Source: an uncultured Spirochaetota bacterium (GTDB taxonomy: Bacteria; Spirochaetota; Spirochaetia; SZUA-6; Fen-1364). From it: DNA of 64,000 bases. Made by a program: the position numbers and the translations under genes. The notes under the pieces are model-generated. The model ran no database searches and was not told where the DNA came from. It worked only from the letters and a program-made list of their open reading frames with translations. The stretch lies in the NCBI GenBank assembly GCA_963845535.1, contig CAWJSK010000012.1, positions 32,001 through 96,000 of the forward strand. The letters run 5' to 3'. This document shows, one piece after another, positions 1 through 10,279 of the stretch. Positions within the stretch are counted from its first letter, which is position 1. Each line of letters opens with the position of its first letter.

Positions 1-34
1 GGAGGCGCGCGGATCGCGTTAGGGGCCGGGCTCC

Positions 35-799
35 ATGGCTGACCGGAAGCTCACGTTCGCTGTGGCCGAGGACGAGGAGCGGATGCGGGACTACCTGGCC
101 CGCAAGACCGCCGAGCTGGACCCGAATCTCGAATGCGCGGGGACCGCGGCGGACGGGGAAGAGGCCGTGGAGCTGGTGGAGCGGGTCCTGCCTGACTTGT
201 TGATCACCGATATCAAGATGCCTCTCCTCGGTGGCCTGGAGCTTGTAAAGCGGATCCGAACGACCAACCCCGACCTTCGGATCCTGATCATCTCCGGGTA
301 CAGCGAGTTCGAGTATGCCCGGCAGGCAATCGAGCTCGGAGTGGACGACTACATCGTCAAGCCCATTGACGTCCATGCGCTGCAAGAGACTCTCCGCAGG
401 ATCCGCATCCGGCTGGAAGCCTCGGCGGGGTTGATAGAAGCGCAGTTCGGGCTTGACCGGATCGGGTCCCCGGAGGAGGACCTGGCAGACGCCGTGCAGC
501 TGTACCTTACGGAGAACTTCCACCAGCCATACTCGCTCGAGCGTCTTGCCGCCGCTTTCGGCCGCAAGGCCGCCTATCTCCTGCGGCTGTATCGCAGGGT
601 CAAGGGAAGCACTCCCACGCAGGATCTGATCCGCCTCCGCATCGAGAAGGCCAAGCGCCTGCTTTCGGGTCATCCGCACATGGAGGTCAAGCAGGTCGCC
701 GCGGCAGTGGGCTACGAGGATGCGCTGTATTTCTCCCGCCTTTTCAAGAAGGAAACCGGGCAGAACCCCACGACGTTCAGGGACTCGATGCGCCGATGA
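35..799 (+). CDS. Two-component response regulator, receiver + AraC HTH (YesN-like)
   Basis: Receiver motifs VAEDE, LLITDIKMP, ISGY, KP; C-terminal AraC signature VAAAVGYEDALYFSRLFKKETG. Confidence 0.93.
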   Translation: MADRKLTFAVAEDEERMRDYLARKTAELDPNLECAGTAADGEEAVELVERVLPDLLITDIKMPLLGGLELVKRIRTTNPDLRILIISGYSEFEYARQAIELGVDDYIVKPIDVHALQETLRRIRIRLEASAGLIEAQFGLDRIGSPEEDLADAVQLYLTENFHQPYSLERLAAAFGRKAAYLLRLYRRVKGSTPTQDLIRLRIEKAKRLLSGHPHMEVKQVAAAVGYEDALYFSRLFKKETGQNPTTFRDSMRR

Positions 800-2138
800 G
801 AGACGGCGGCCACGCCGGGTCCCGGGCGGCGGCTGCCATGTTGGCCCTCCGCGCATCCACGGCAGAGAGGAAACCGGCTGGACTCAGGGCGCCGGCGAGC
901 ATCGACTCGAAATCCGCCTCGACTTCCATCCATTGACCCATGATGTACTTGACCCCGCCCTGAAACGGCTCCCCGCCCAGCCGCGCCGAGCCAAGGAACG
1001 CCTGTTCGTTCGGCAGGAGGGGCACCGGCCTGGTGGGGAAGGACAGGCTTGTGCCCTCGGGCTGTCCGCTGGCGTACCGGTAGAGGTTGTCATCCCGGGT
1101 CAAGAACCGGAAGAACTCGAGCACGGCGGGGCGATCCCGGCTCTTCGCGTTTCCGAACCACGTGGGCGCGGAGCGCTCTATGCTGACCGTGCGGTTGTCC
1201 AGCCAGGGAATGGGGAACATCCCCCATGTCTGCGCCCCGGAGTCGGGGTTGGTCTTCAACACGCTTCGGGCGAACCCGATCTTGTTCAGCGTCATGGCCG
1301 CGGAGCCCGAAAGGAGAGCCGTCTTGGACCCCTCTATCGTGTTGGCCATGAAGTCGGCGCCAAAATAGCCGCGGTTGGCGGCCAGAAGAATCTGGTCCAG
1401 CGCCCTGCGGAACGGCTCGTAGTCCGCGAATTTCACCCGGTTCGCGTTGAGCCTTTCGTAGAGGCCGGGGTCCCGTTCCTCGAAGGTGGCGCCCATCTCG
1501 AAGAAAGTGAGGGAGGTATGCCATCTGCTGGCCCCTGGCTCGTAGATGGGGACGATGCCCGCCTGCTTGATCCGCCGGCAGACCGCCATGAACTGCGCGT
1601 ACGTCCGCGGCGCAGAGAGACCCAACCGGCGAAAGATCTTGTCGTTGTAGGTGTAGACCCATCCAAGCGTGTCATCCCACACGATCAGGCCGTAGACATG
1701 GCCCTTGTACGAGACGGCGGGAAGCCACTCCGGCTTCAGGCGTTTCGTCCATTCCTCCGACGTCAGATCAATGCATGTCTTTTCCGGGTCGATCTCGGTG
1801 CCAAGGTACCACCGCGTGGACTGCATAAGGAAGATGTCTGCCGCCTCGCCGGAGGCAAGCATTGTCTGGAGCGCCCGGAAGTACACGTGCGGCGCATAGA
1901 TCGTGAAGGAAACCTTGATCCCGGTTTCCTTCTCGAACAGCTTGGCGTTTTCGGCCATCACGTCGTAGATCCAGCCGTCTGATGCCATGACCTGGATCTT
2001 GCGAGGGACACCGGCTCCGGGGGAGGAGCTCTTCCACGCCCCGCAAGCAGCCAGGCAGGCGGAGAGGGCAATCGCAAGGACCAGCGGCGCCATGATGTTC
2101 CGCGTCCTGACCCGCGTACAGCGCGTTGTCTTTTCCAT
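777..2138 (-). CDS. Extracellular carbohydrate solute-binding lipoprotein (CUT1 family); start uncertain
   Basis: Hydrophobic N-terminus with lipobox-like LAAC; MLASGEAADIF, YNDKIFRRLGLSAPRTY and AAM motifs typical of family 1 SBPs. Confidence 0.85.
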   Translation of the reverse strand: MEKTTRCTRVRTRNIMAPLVLAIALSACLAACGAWKSSSPGAGVPRKIQVMASDGWIYDVMAENAKLFEKETGIKVSFTIYAPHVYFRALQTMLASGEAADIFLMQSTRWYLGTEIDPEKTCIDLTSEEWTKRLKPEWLPAVSYKGHVYGLIVWDDTLGWVYTYNDKIFRRLGLSAPRTYAQFMAVCRRIKQAGIVPIYEPGASRWHTSLTFFEMGATFEERDPGLYERLNANRVKFADYEPFRRALDQILLAANRGYFGADFMANTIEGSKTALLSGSAAMTLNKIGFARSVLKTNPDSGAQTWGMFPIPWLDNRTVSIERSAPTWFGNAKSRDRPAVLEFFRFLTRDDNLYRYASGQPEGTSLSFPTRPVPLLPNEQAFLGSARLGGEPFQGGVKYIMGQWMEVEADFESMLAGALSPAGFLSAVDARRANMAAAARDPAWPPSLIGASSP

Positions 2139-2156
2139 CCCTCGGCCGACCTCCGC

Positions 2157-3149
2157 CTACGGCCCTTCCCCGACAGGGAAAAGAAGCTTCTGGTTTTCCG
2201 GCTGGAACATGTTGGATTTGGAGATGTCGACGGATCCCGTATTGATGAACCGTGGAAGCTTCTTCCCCCGAATGAGATCCCAAGCCGCCCTGATCCCAAG
2301 GTAGCCCATATTGAACGGCTTCTGCACGACCGTGTCCTTGATGACCCCTCTCTCCACGTACTTGAGGACCAGGAAAGAGTTGTCGAACCCGATGAGGGCA
2401 ACCGTCCCCTGCTTCCCGGATTCGGCCAGGGCGCGCGCAGCTCCCCGGGCAGTTGGATCGTTCAGCGCGACTATCCCTCGAAGACTGGGCGTGGTTGAGA
2501 TCAACAGCGCTGCCTGGGAATACGCCAGGTCTGCATCCGCGTTGCTGTACAGCGTGTCCAGGAGCTTCACCTTTGCGGCAAGAGAGGCGCGCACGCCCAT
2601 CTCCCTGTCTATCGCGGTGGAGCTTCCCTTGACGTAACTCATGACGGCCACCGTGTCTCCCGCGTGCACGTAGCGCATGAGGGCCGACGCGCATTTCTGG
2701 CCGCCCTCGTAGCTGTCCGTTCCGATCCGCACGTCAGCGTCATCCGAGTTGACGAAGGAGTCGATGCAGACCAGGGGGATTCCTTTGCGCTTGATCTCCC
2801 TGGCCAGCGGGACAAGCAGATTGTAGTCCGCGGCGGCCAGCACGATGGCGTCCGGCTTTTCCCGCAGCGCCCCTCGCACGATATCGATCTGGCCCTGGAT
2901 GTCGCTTTCCAGCGCCGGCCCGCGGATGGAAACGTCGATGCCGAGGTCCTTGCCGGCGGACAGCACCCCGTCGCGCACGTTGCCCCAGAACGGAGTGGAG
3001 CGGTAGTCCACGGTCTTGAAGATGACGGTCACCCGGCGGGGAGCTTCCGGCACGGGACTGAGCAGCATGTTCCCGCGGTAGAGGAGCGTGAGGAGGACCG
3101 CGGCAAGGACCGCGGCGGCAAGGAGAAAGAGGACGGAGCGGTTTCTCAT
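2157..3149 (-). CDS. Periplasmic sugar-binding protein, RbsB/LacI-like fold, probably sensor-associated
   Basis: N-terminal TM anchor; PFWGNVRDG, PDAIVLAA, IGTDSYEGG, IGFD, VQKPFNMGY; start overlaps kinase stop (ATGA). Confidence 0.88.
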   Translation of the reverse strand: MRNRSVLFLLAAAVLAAVLLTLLYRGNMLLSPVPEAPRRVTVIFKTVDYRSTPFWGNVRDGVLSAGKDLGIDVSIRGPALESDIQGQIDIVRGALREKPDAIVLAAADYNLLVPLAREIKRKGIPLVCIDSFVNSDDADVRIGTDSYEGGQKCASALMRYVHAGDTVAVMSYVKGSSTAIDREMGVRASLAAKVKLLDTLYSNADADLAYSQAALLISTTPSLRGIVALNDPTARGAARALAESGKQGTVALIGFDNSFLVLKYVERGVIKDTVVQKPFNMGYLGIRAAWDLIRGKKLPRFINTGSVDISKSNMFQPENQKLLFPVGEGP

Positions 3150-4897
3150 GCCACCTCCCCCGGGATCAAGGGGATCCTGATGGTGGCCACCGTTCCCGCT
3201 CCCGGCGCGCTTTCGAAGCTCACGCCGTATTCCAGGCCGAAGTACACGTGGATTCGCTCCTGGACGTTGCGCACGCCGACGCCGTTGGCCTGGTTCGGCT
3301 CGATCAAACCGTCCCGCAGCGCTTCCAGCTGCTCCCGTCCCATTCCCACCCCGTTGTCGCTGATGCGGATCACGATTGCCTCCGCCTCGCGCAGACCCGT
3401 GATCCGTATCAACCCCGGGCCTTCCATGTTCTTGATCCCGTGGTAGATCGCGTTCTCCACGAGCGGCTGGATGAGCAGCTTGAGGATCTGAAGGCTTGCC
3501 AGCTCCGGGGCGAACGCGATCTCGTAGGAGAGCTTGTCCTTGTAGCGTTGCTTCTGGATCTCCAGGTACGTCTGGACGTATTCGACCTCCGTCCTGACGC
3601 TGATCGTCTCACTTCCCCTGCTGATGCCGATCCGGAAGAACTTCGCGAGGGAGGAGGTCATGTCGATGGCTCGGTCATTCTCCCCCAGCTCGATCATCCA
3701 GATGATCGAGTCCAGGGTATTGTAGAGGAAATGCGGATTGATCTGCGCCTGAAGGGAACGGAGCTCGAGCTTCCGCTTCAGCTCCAGCTCCCTCCTGTTC
3801 TGCTCGATGAGGTCCCTGACCTTTTTCACGGCGATGTCGCAGTCCCTGGCGAGCTGGTACACCTCGTTGCGCGCGTTGACGGTGATGTCGATGTCGAAGT
3901 TCCCGCTTTCCACAGCCTGCATGGAACGCCGCAAAGACTCGATGGGCTTGGAAATGTTGGAGGAGATCAGGAATGCCACTCCAATTGCGCTCACGAAGAC
4001 CAGGAGGGAGAGCAGGATGAAATAGTATTCGGCGGCGCGGCTCGCGGCGAACAGCTCGTCGAGGTAGGAGACGGCGACGACTTCCCACCCGGTCTCGCGG
4101 GAGCTTACGGCCGTGTAGAGAATGGCCCTCCCATCCACCACGGCGCTCATGTTGCCGCCGTTCAGGGAGAGGATTTCCGGGATCCGCTCCGACTTCAGAT
4201 TTCCGTAGATGAGCTGCTGCCGCGGGTGGTATACGATCTCCCCGCCCCGGCTGAGAATGAACACGTACCCCGACTTCCCGAGCTGAATGTCCCGGCACAG
4301 ACGGGCAATGATTTCGTAGTTCAGGTCCACCTGGATAAGGCCCATGCTCTTTCCGGAGGGCCCGCCCGGCACGGCGCGCACCAGGGAGATGACCCAGGGA
4401 TAGCGGGACTCGACCAGGTTCTCCACGTGAGCGGAGGACACCGAGGGGCGGTCCGGGACGAGGCCGGCCTCCAGCTCCAGGAACCTTTTCCTGAGGTCGA
4501 CTGTCGGGTTGAGCCCGCCGCCCTCGGTTGCGGCGATGGCCCTCCCGTCACCGGTGATCACGAAGACGGAGTCGATGTCGCGCCGGACAGACCGGATGGC
4601 CTCGAATGACTTTTCGATGGCGGCCCGCAGGCGTGGAGTGTCCGCGCCTGGATTTCCAATGAACTGCCGCACGTCCTCCTTGTTGACCGCCATCAGGGCG
4701 ATGTCATCCATGTAGCTGATGTAGTTCTCGATGATCCTGTTGAGCTGGCTGACGAGCTGCATGGTCGTTTCTTCCGCGTTCTGGATCAGGATCTTGTGCA
4801 GGTAGTAGTACGAGAGGGACCCCAGAAGGAGCAGGGCGAAGACGATCAGGGCCGCGAAGCCCTGGATCAGGGTGTCCTGGATGCGCCTGATCTTCAT
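3146..4897 (-). CDS. Sensor histidine kinase, YesM/LytS family (Cache, HAMP, His_kinase)
   Basis: Two TM helices, HAMP region, H-box LQAQINPHFLYNTL, QPLVENAIYHG, DNGVG, G-box. Confidence 0.95.
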   Translation of the reverse strand: MKIRRIQDTLIQGFAALIVFALLLLGSLSYYYLHKILIQNAEETTMQLVSQLNRIIENYISYMDDIALMAVNKEDVRQFIGNPGADTPRLRAAIEKSFEAIRSVRRDIDSVFVITGDGRAIAATEGGGLNPTVDLRKRFLELEAGLVPDRPSVSSAHVENLVESRYPWVISLVRAVPGGPSGKSMGLIQVDLNYEIIARLCRDIQLGKSGYVFILSRGGEIVYHPRQQLIYGNLKSERIPEILSLNGGNMSAVVDGRAILYTAVSSRETGWEVVAVSYLDELFAASRAAEYYFILLSLLVFVSAIGVAFLISSNISKPIESLRRSMQAVESGNFDIDITVNARNEVYQLARDCDIAVKKVRDLIEQNRRELELKRKLELRSLQAQINPHFLYNTLDSIIWMIELGENDRAIDMTSSLAKFFRIGISRGSETISVRTEVEYVQTYLEIQKQRYKDKLSYEIAFAPELASLQILKLLIQPLVENAIYHGIKNMEGPGLIRITGLREAEAIVIRISDNGVGMGREQLEALRDGLIEPNQANGVGVRNVQERIHVYFGLEYGVSFESAPGAGTVATIRIPLIPGEVA

Positions 4898-6489
4898 GGG
4901 CGCGCGGTCTTCCTCCGCAGCTCGGCGCGAAACTCGGTTGGGGTGACTCCGATGTGCCTCCTGAACGTCGAGCTGAAATACCGGGCGTCCGGGTAGCCGG
5001 TGGCCTCCGCAATCTCGTAGGTCATGAGATCCGACGTTGCCAGAAGCTCCTTGGCGCGCTCCATTCGGTAGTCGATAAGGTAGTCTACCACGCCGCGGTC
5101 AAGGTAGCGCTTGACGAGCTTGGAAAGGTAGCTCGCGCTGATGGAGAGGCTGACGGCGACCTTCTGCACGGAAAGGTTCTGCTCCCCGTAATGGCGCGCC
5201 ACGTATTCCTTGAAATCACGGACCTTCCATTCCGGGGTGGGCAGGTTGCGGCTTTCCAGGACCGACCCGGCATATTCGGCGAGCTTCAAGAGGTGCGTCC
5301 GCACCTCCTCCGCGGTCCGCAGCCGCTGCACGGCAAGCTCGTAGTCTACTTTCAAGTCACGGGAGATAGTGGCGGTGGAGACCCCCAGCTCGCGCATGGC
5401 GTCAAGGACGGCTTCAAAGAGCGTCCCGATCTCGTGCCGGACGCGCTGGGGGGAGAGCTTCGTTTCCTGCAGGAGCGCCAGGAGTGCGGTAGTCCTGACT
5501 TCCGTCTCCGCTGCCTCACCCGAGACCGTGGCCCTGCGCAGGCGTTCGCTTCGGGCCTTCAGCTCCGCGATGATGGAGGGGTCATCTTCCGCGGCTTGCG
5601 CATAACGGAATGCTTTCCCCGGTCCGTTGACGAGCCGGTAGGACAGGGCCGCGGCGGCTTCGGCGTATGTCCGAGAGGCCCCGGTCCACGCCTCGCAAGG
5701 CCTGCCGATGCCCACGATCAGGGAAACGCTGTTCGCGGCCGCGATCCTCCCGCCCAATGCAACGGACAGCCTTTCGCAGGAGGATGGATCCTGATCGAAT
5801 ACGAGCAGGGCTTCGCGGTCATCGCCGTGAGAAAAAGGAATGACGTGATGAACCGATTCCGCGGCGCCCGCGACGATTGTTGCAAAACTGGCGTCAGCGT
5901 CCGGCACCGCGCCGGATCCGGCCGCCGTTTCCGCGATCACCGCGGCGCAGGTCAGCCCTGCCGGCGGAAAGCCGAAAAGTTCCCGAAAGGCGGTGTCCGT
6001 GAGAGCATTCGGAGCGCCCGAAACGAGGTCCACGAGGGCGCGCGTCTTCAGGAGGCTGGAGGCAATGGTGGCCTGCTCCCTCAGGGCGTTCGCCTCCTGG
6101 CGCGAATTGAGCTCGGCATCCAGTCGAGCCCTGATTCTCATCAAGAGGCCGGTCAGGTCCCTCGAGGTGACCGGCTTCAGCACGTATTCGAAAACCTTGC
6201 TCCTGATGGCCTTCTGAGCGTACTCGAACTCGTCATAGCCGGAAAGGATTACGACGATGATCTGCGGGTGATGCCGCGCCGCATGCTCCGCGACGGCAAG
6301 ACCGTCCACGCGCGGCATATAGATGTCCGTCATGACCACGTCCGGATGGAGCGTCTCTACGGACTCGATTGCCTGTTCGCCGTTTTCGCACGGCTCCAGG
6401 AACTCGAACCCCAGGCTGCCCCAGTCGATCTTGCGGCGGAACCCGCGCCGGACTATTTCCTCATCGTCAACCATCAGGAACTTGTACAT
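4894..6489 (-). CDS. Two-component response regulator, long YesN type (receiver, central domain, AraC HTH)
   Basis: Start placed at ATG 6489 (MYKFLMVDDE); TDIYMP, LSGYDEFEYAQ; C-terminal IAEATGYPDARYFSSTF. Confidence 0.93.
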   Translation of the reverse strand: MYKFLMVDDEEIVRRGFRRKIDWGSLGFEFLEPCENGEQAIESVETLHPDVVMTDIYMPRVDGLAVAEHAARHHPQIIVVILSGYDEFEYAQKAIRSKVFEYVLKPVTSRDLTGLLMRIRARLDAELNSRQEANALREQATIASSLLKTRALVDLVSGAPNALTDTAFRELFGFPPAGLTCAAVIAETAAGSGAVPDADASFATIVAGAAESVHHVIPFSHGDDREALLVFDQDPSSCERLSVALGGRIAAANSVSLIVGIGRPCEAWTGASRTYAEAAAALSYRLVNGPGKAFRYAQAAEDDPSIIAELKARSERLRRATVSGEAAETEVRTTALLALLQETKLSPQRVRHEIGTLFEAVLDAMRELGVSTATISRDLKVDYELAVQRLRTAEEVRTHLLKLAEYAGSVLESRNLPTPEWKVRDFKEYVARHYGEQNLSVQKVAVSLSISASYLSKLVKRYLDRGVVDYLIDYRMERAKELLATSDLMTYEIAEATGYPDARYFSSTFRRHIGVTPTEFRAELRRKTARP

Positions 6490-6615
6490 CGGGGTCGTGC
6501 TCCAGGCGCCGCTCTTCCGCCAAACGAATGATAAACCCGGTGAGGCCGACGTGCCTATCCGCAAAAGCGGCCGCCCGCGCTCGTGCACGGGCAGCCTCAC
6601 GGCGATCAGGGCAGC

Positions 6616-7575
6616 TTAGTAGAGGACGTTCTTTGCCGCCGGGGTGTCGATGTTGTCCTTGGTCACGATGATGAATCCGGTGTCGACCTTGGCCGGGACC
6701 TTCTTCTTGCCTATTGACGCGTCATAGGCGGTCTTGACGCCCTGGTAGCCCATGTTGTACGAGCTTTGCACCGCGATGGCCTGCAGCGTGCCGTCCTTGA
6801 TGAAGTTCTGCTCCTGCGCGGCGCCGTCGAAGCCGATAGCCACGATCTTACCGGCCAGCCCCGCCTGGGCGATTGCACGCCCCATTCCGATCGCTGTCGG
6901 CTCGTTGGCGCCGAAGATCCCCACAAGGTCGGGATTTGCGGAAAGCACGTTGGTAGTCTGATTGAGCGCCGTGGGCATGTCCGCGTTGGAGTATTGGGTG
7001 GTGACGATCTCCAGGTGCGAATTCTTGGCGATGTAATCCTTGAAGCCGCCGACGCGCCCGATCTCTGAGCCGACGCCCGCGACGTAGGACATGACCGCGA
7101 TCTTTCCGGTGTCGCTGCCGGTTGCTGCCTTCACGCGGTCAATCAACTCCTTCGCGCATGCCCTTCCCGCCGCGTCGTTATCCGTGGCCAGGAAGGACAC
7201 GTAGTTGGACGTAGGCCCTGCAAGAAGCGAGTCGATGATGACGACCGGTATTCCGGCTTGCTTCGCCTTTTTGACCGCGGGGACAAGCGCGGTGACGTCT
7301 GACGGTGCCAGGACTATGGCCTTCACGCCGCGGTCAATGGCGCTTTCCACGATATTGATCTCCTCCGCGACGTTGCTCTCTGACTGGGGTCCCAGGAACG
7401 TGACGGACAGCTTCGGGGTCTTTGCCTTGAGCTCTTTCTGAGCGTCAAAGCACCCAGTCTGGACATTCTGCCAGTAGCTGGAGTTGCCTGTCTTTACGAT
7501 GACCGCGATCTCCTGTGCGGAGACGAACCCGGCTACGAAGGCAAGCGCCACGAGAACGAAGAGCAGTTTCCGCAT
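6616..7575 (-). CDS. Sugar ABC transporter substrate-binding protein (CUT2/RbsB family)
   Basis: Start at ATG 7575 after GGAGGG RBS; signal peptide; AIVLAPSD, ATDN, FGANE, IGFDG, VQSSYNMGY. Confidence 0.92.
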   Translation of the reverse strand: MRKLLFVLVALAFVAGFVSAQEIAVIVKTGNSSYWQNVQTGCFDAQKELKAKTPKLSVTFLGPQSESNVAEEINIVESAIDRGVKAIVLAPSDVTALVPAVKKAKQAGIPVVIIDSLLAGPTSNYVSFLATDNDAAGRACAKELIDRVKAATGSDTGKIAVMSYVAGVGSEIGRVGGFKDYIAKNSHLEIVTTQYSNADMPTALNQTTNVLSANPDLVGIFGANEPTAIGMGRAIAQAGLAGKIVAIGFDGAAQEQNFIKDGTLQAIAVQSSYNMGYQGVKTAYDASIGKKKVPAKVDTGFIIVTKDNIDTPAAKNVLY

Positions 7576-7664
7576 ATCAACCCTCCTTGAATATCTGCGC
7601 GGTCCATACGGACCGCGTTTTTCCATGGTCAAGAGTCCCTTGCGCGGGACCGGGCTCCTCCTTT

Positions 7665-8657
7665 CTACTTCCTCCGGAACTGGTCGAAGTAGACGGCGAA
7701 AATGACGACGAGACCGATGATGATCTGCTGCATGAAGTAGTTGGCTCCCTGCATGGTGAGGCCCACGGTGAGGATCCCGATGATGAACGATCCTATGACC
7801 GCACCTCCCACGGTGCCCACGCCTCCCATGAGGCTCGTACCCCCGATGACGGAAGAGGCAATCGCGTTCAGCTCATAGCCGATGGCGCTGTTGGGCTGGG
7901 AGGTGACCATCCGGGAGGCGAGAATGGTTCCGACTACACCGGCACACAAAGCGCAAGTGACGTAGGCGAGGATTTTCACCCGGTCGACCTTGATCCCCGA
8001 AAGGCGGGCCGCTTCCTCGTTCGAACCGACGGCGTAGGTGTACCGTCCGACACGCGTCTTCTTGAGGATGAAGTGGCAGATCGCGGCGACGACGACCATG
8101 ATGATCACGGGGTAGGAAATGCCGGGAAACTGGTTGCCGGTTCTGAAAATGGTGTCATTCCCGAGCGCGCCGAACGCGTCCGGGGCAGGCCACGCGTTGG
8201 CGTTCGTGATCGTAAGGGCAACGCCGCGGATGACAAACGTCATGCCGAGCGTTGCGATGAACGGTGGGAGCTTCAGCTTGGTTATCATCAGGCCGTTGGC
8301 AAGGCCGCAGACGCCCCCGGCGGCCACGCCGATGAGCCAACTGATCCAGATGGGCACCCCGGCAATGGCCGCCATGACCGCAACGGTGCCGGTGAGCGCT
8401 ACAACGGATCCGATGGAAAGGTCGATGCCGGCGGTGATGATCGTAAACGTGACGCCGATGCCCATGAGGGTGGTGGTGCTGGTCTGCAGAAGCAGGCTCA
8501 GGACGCTTCGCATAGTGAAAAAGTTCTTCGCCGTGACGGAGAAGACGACAAAGAGGACGACCACAGCGCCGAAGGTCAGGAACCTGTCCAGCGCGACGCC
8601 GGACTTCCCTTTTGCCGTAATGGTTTCGAGGCCGCGTTGGATCTGCGGATTGCTCAT
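7665..8657 (-). CDS. Sugar ABC transporter permease (RbsC family)
   Basis: GIDLSIGS, LPPFIATLG, YAVGSNEEAARLSGI, YELNAIASSVIGGTSLMGG. Confidence 0.95.
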   Translation of the reverse strand: MSNPQIQRGLETITAKGKSGVALDRFLTFGAVVVLFVVFSVTAKNFFTMRSVLSLLLQTSTTTLMGIGVTFTIITAGIDLSIGSVVALTGTVAVMAAIAGVPIWISWLIGVAAGGVCGLANGLMITKLKLPPFIATLGMTFVIRGVALTITNANAWPAPDAFGALGNDTIFRTGNQFPGISYPVIIMVVVAAICHFILKKTRVGRYTYAVGSNEEAARLSGIKVDRVKILAYVTCALCAGVVGTILASRMVTSQPNSAIGYELNAIASSVIGGTSLMGGVGTVGGAVIGSFIIGILTVGLTMQGANYFMQQIIIGLVVIFAVYFDQFRRK

Positions 8658-10171
8658 GATTGAGCTCTCGCTTTCTCACCGAGCCCTGCCGCGTAGTTCA
8701 AGATTTCCTCCTGCGTGGTTTCCTTTGTGACGAGCGTGGCTTCCAGCCTGCCTTCGTGCAGCACCAGCACGCGGTCCGTCATGCCCATGATCTCGGGAAG
8801 CTCGGAGGAAATCATGATGACCCCCACGCCCTCCCGTGCCATGCGCTCAATCAGCTCGTAGATGGAATACTTTGTGCCCACGTCGATCCCGCGGGTGGGC
8901 TCGTCGAAGATCAGGATCTTTGAATGGCAGAACAGCCACTTTGCCAGGACCACCTTCTGCTGGTTTCCCCCCGAGAGGTTGTTGACCACCTGGGTGAGGC
9001 TGGGCGTGCGGATTGTAAGCTCATCCACGTACTGCTGGCAGGCCTTCATCTCTTTGGACCGGGAAATGACGCCCAGGCGGGGGGAAACGGCGCTCATGTT
9101 GGCCATGGTGACGTTCTCAGCAAGCTGCATCTTCACCGCAAGGCCTTCCTGTTTGCGGTTCTCCGAGAGGTAGGCAATCCCAGCCTTGATGGATTCCGAC
9201 GGAGAACGGATGGAGAGCTTCCTGCCGTTCATGAGAATCTCTCCGCCATCCACAGGGTCCGCGCCGAAAATGGCGCGCGCCAGCTCGGACCTGCCCGCGC
9301 CCATCAAACCCGCGAAACCCAGGATCTCCCCGCGGTACAGGTCAAAGGAGATGTCGTGAAGAACCCCCGTCCGCCTGATGCCGCTGACCTCCAGGATTTT
9401 TTCCGTCGTGGGGACATTGTGACGGGAAGGGAAAATGTTCTCGAGCTTTCGCCCCACCATGCGGCTCACGATCTCATCCATTGAGATGGCCGTGTATTCG
9501 TCCGTGCTCACCGAACGGCCGTCACGGAAGATCGAAATGCGGTCCACGATATGCTTGAGCTCTTCCAGGCGATGCGAAATGTAGATGATGGCCACGCCGC
9601 GGTCACGCAGCGTGTGGATGACGGAAAAAAGCTCGTCGATCTCTGACTCGGTCAGTGCGCTGGTGGGCTCATCCATGATGAGCACCTCTGAGTCGAAGGA
9701 AAGGGACTTGGCAATCTCCACCATCTGCTGTTTGGAAATAGGGAGCCGGTTCAACGTGATGGCGGGGTCGAGGCGGAGGTTAAGCCGCTCCAGAATGGCA
9801 ACGGCGTCCCTGTTCATCTTTTTCTCATCCAGCGTCCCGAACCGGGTCAGGGGCTCCCGCCCGATGAAGATGTTGGCAGCCACGGAAAGGTGGGGGATGA
9901 GGTTCAGCTCCTGGTAGATGATCCCAATACCGGCGTCCCGCGCCTGCGTGGAATCATGGAACCGTACCTCGCGCCCCTTGTAGCGGATGGCCCCGGCATC
10001 AGGCTGGTGGACCCCGGAGAGGATTTTCATCAGTGTCGACTTTCCGGCACCGTTCTCTCCCACCAGGGCGTGGACCTCGCCCTTTCGGAGGTTGAACGAG
10101 ACCTGATCAAGCGCCTTCACGCCGGGGAAGCTCTTGGAAACTCCCTCGACCTCGAGGATCACGTCTTGCAT
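8654..10171 (-). CDS. Sugar ABC transporter ATP-binding protein (RbsA family, tandem NBD)
   Basis: Walker A GENGAGKS, DEPT twice, LSGGNQQK; start placed at MQDV (10171). Confidence 0.95.
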   Translation of the reverse strand: MQDVILEVEGVSKSFPGVKALDQVSFNLRKGEVHALVGENGAGKSTLMKILSGVHQPDAGAIRYKGREVRFHDSTQARDAGIGIIYQELNLIPHLSVAANIFIGREPLTRFGTLDEKKMNRDAVAILERLNLRLDPAITLNRLPISKQQMVEIAKSLSFDSEVLIMDEPTSALTESEIDELFSVIHTLRDRGVAIIYISHRLEELKHIVDRISIFRDGRSVSTDEYTAISMDEIVSRMVGRKLENIFPSRHNVPTTEKILEVSGIRRTGVLHDISFDLYRGEILGFAGLMGAGRSELARAIFGADPVDGGEILMNGRKLSIRSPSESIKAGIAYLSENRKQEGLAVKMQLAENVTMANMSAVSPRLGVISRSKEMKACQQYVDELTIRTPSLTQVVNNLSGGNQQKVVLAKWLFCHSKILIFDEPTRGIDVGTKYSIYELIERMAREGVGVIMISSELPEIMGMTDRVLVLHEGRLEATLVTKETTQEEILNYAAGLGEKARAQS

Positions 10172-10279
10172 GCGCAGGAGCCTTCTTTCCGCCCATGAAG
10201 GCATGGAACGCGGGCAAACACAATCGAGAAGACGGCACAAAATGTTGGATTTCCGGCACTGCTCAGGTGCCGGGTCGCA

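Noticed and set aside
10211..10260. CGGCAC-like repeats at 21-bp spacing upstream of the ABC ATPase as YesN sites
   Set aside because: Too short and GC-rich to tell from chance
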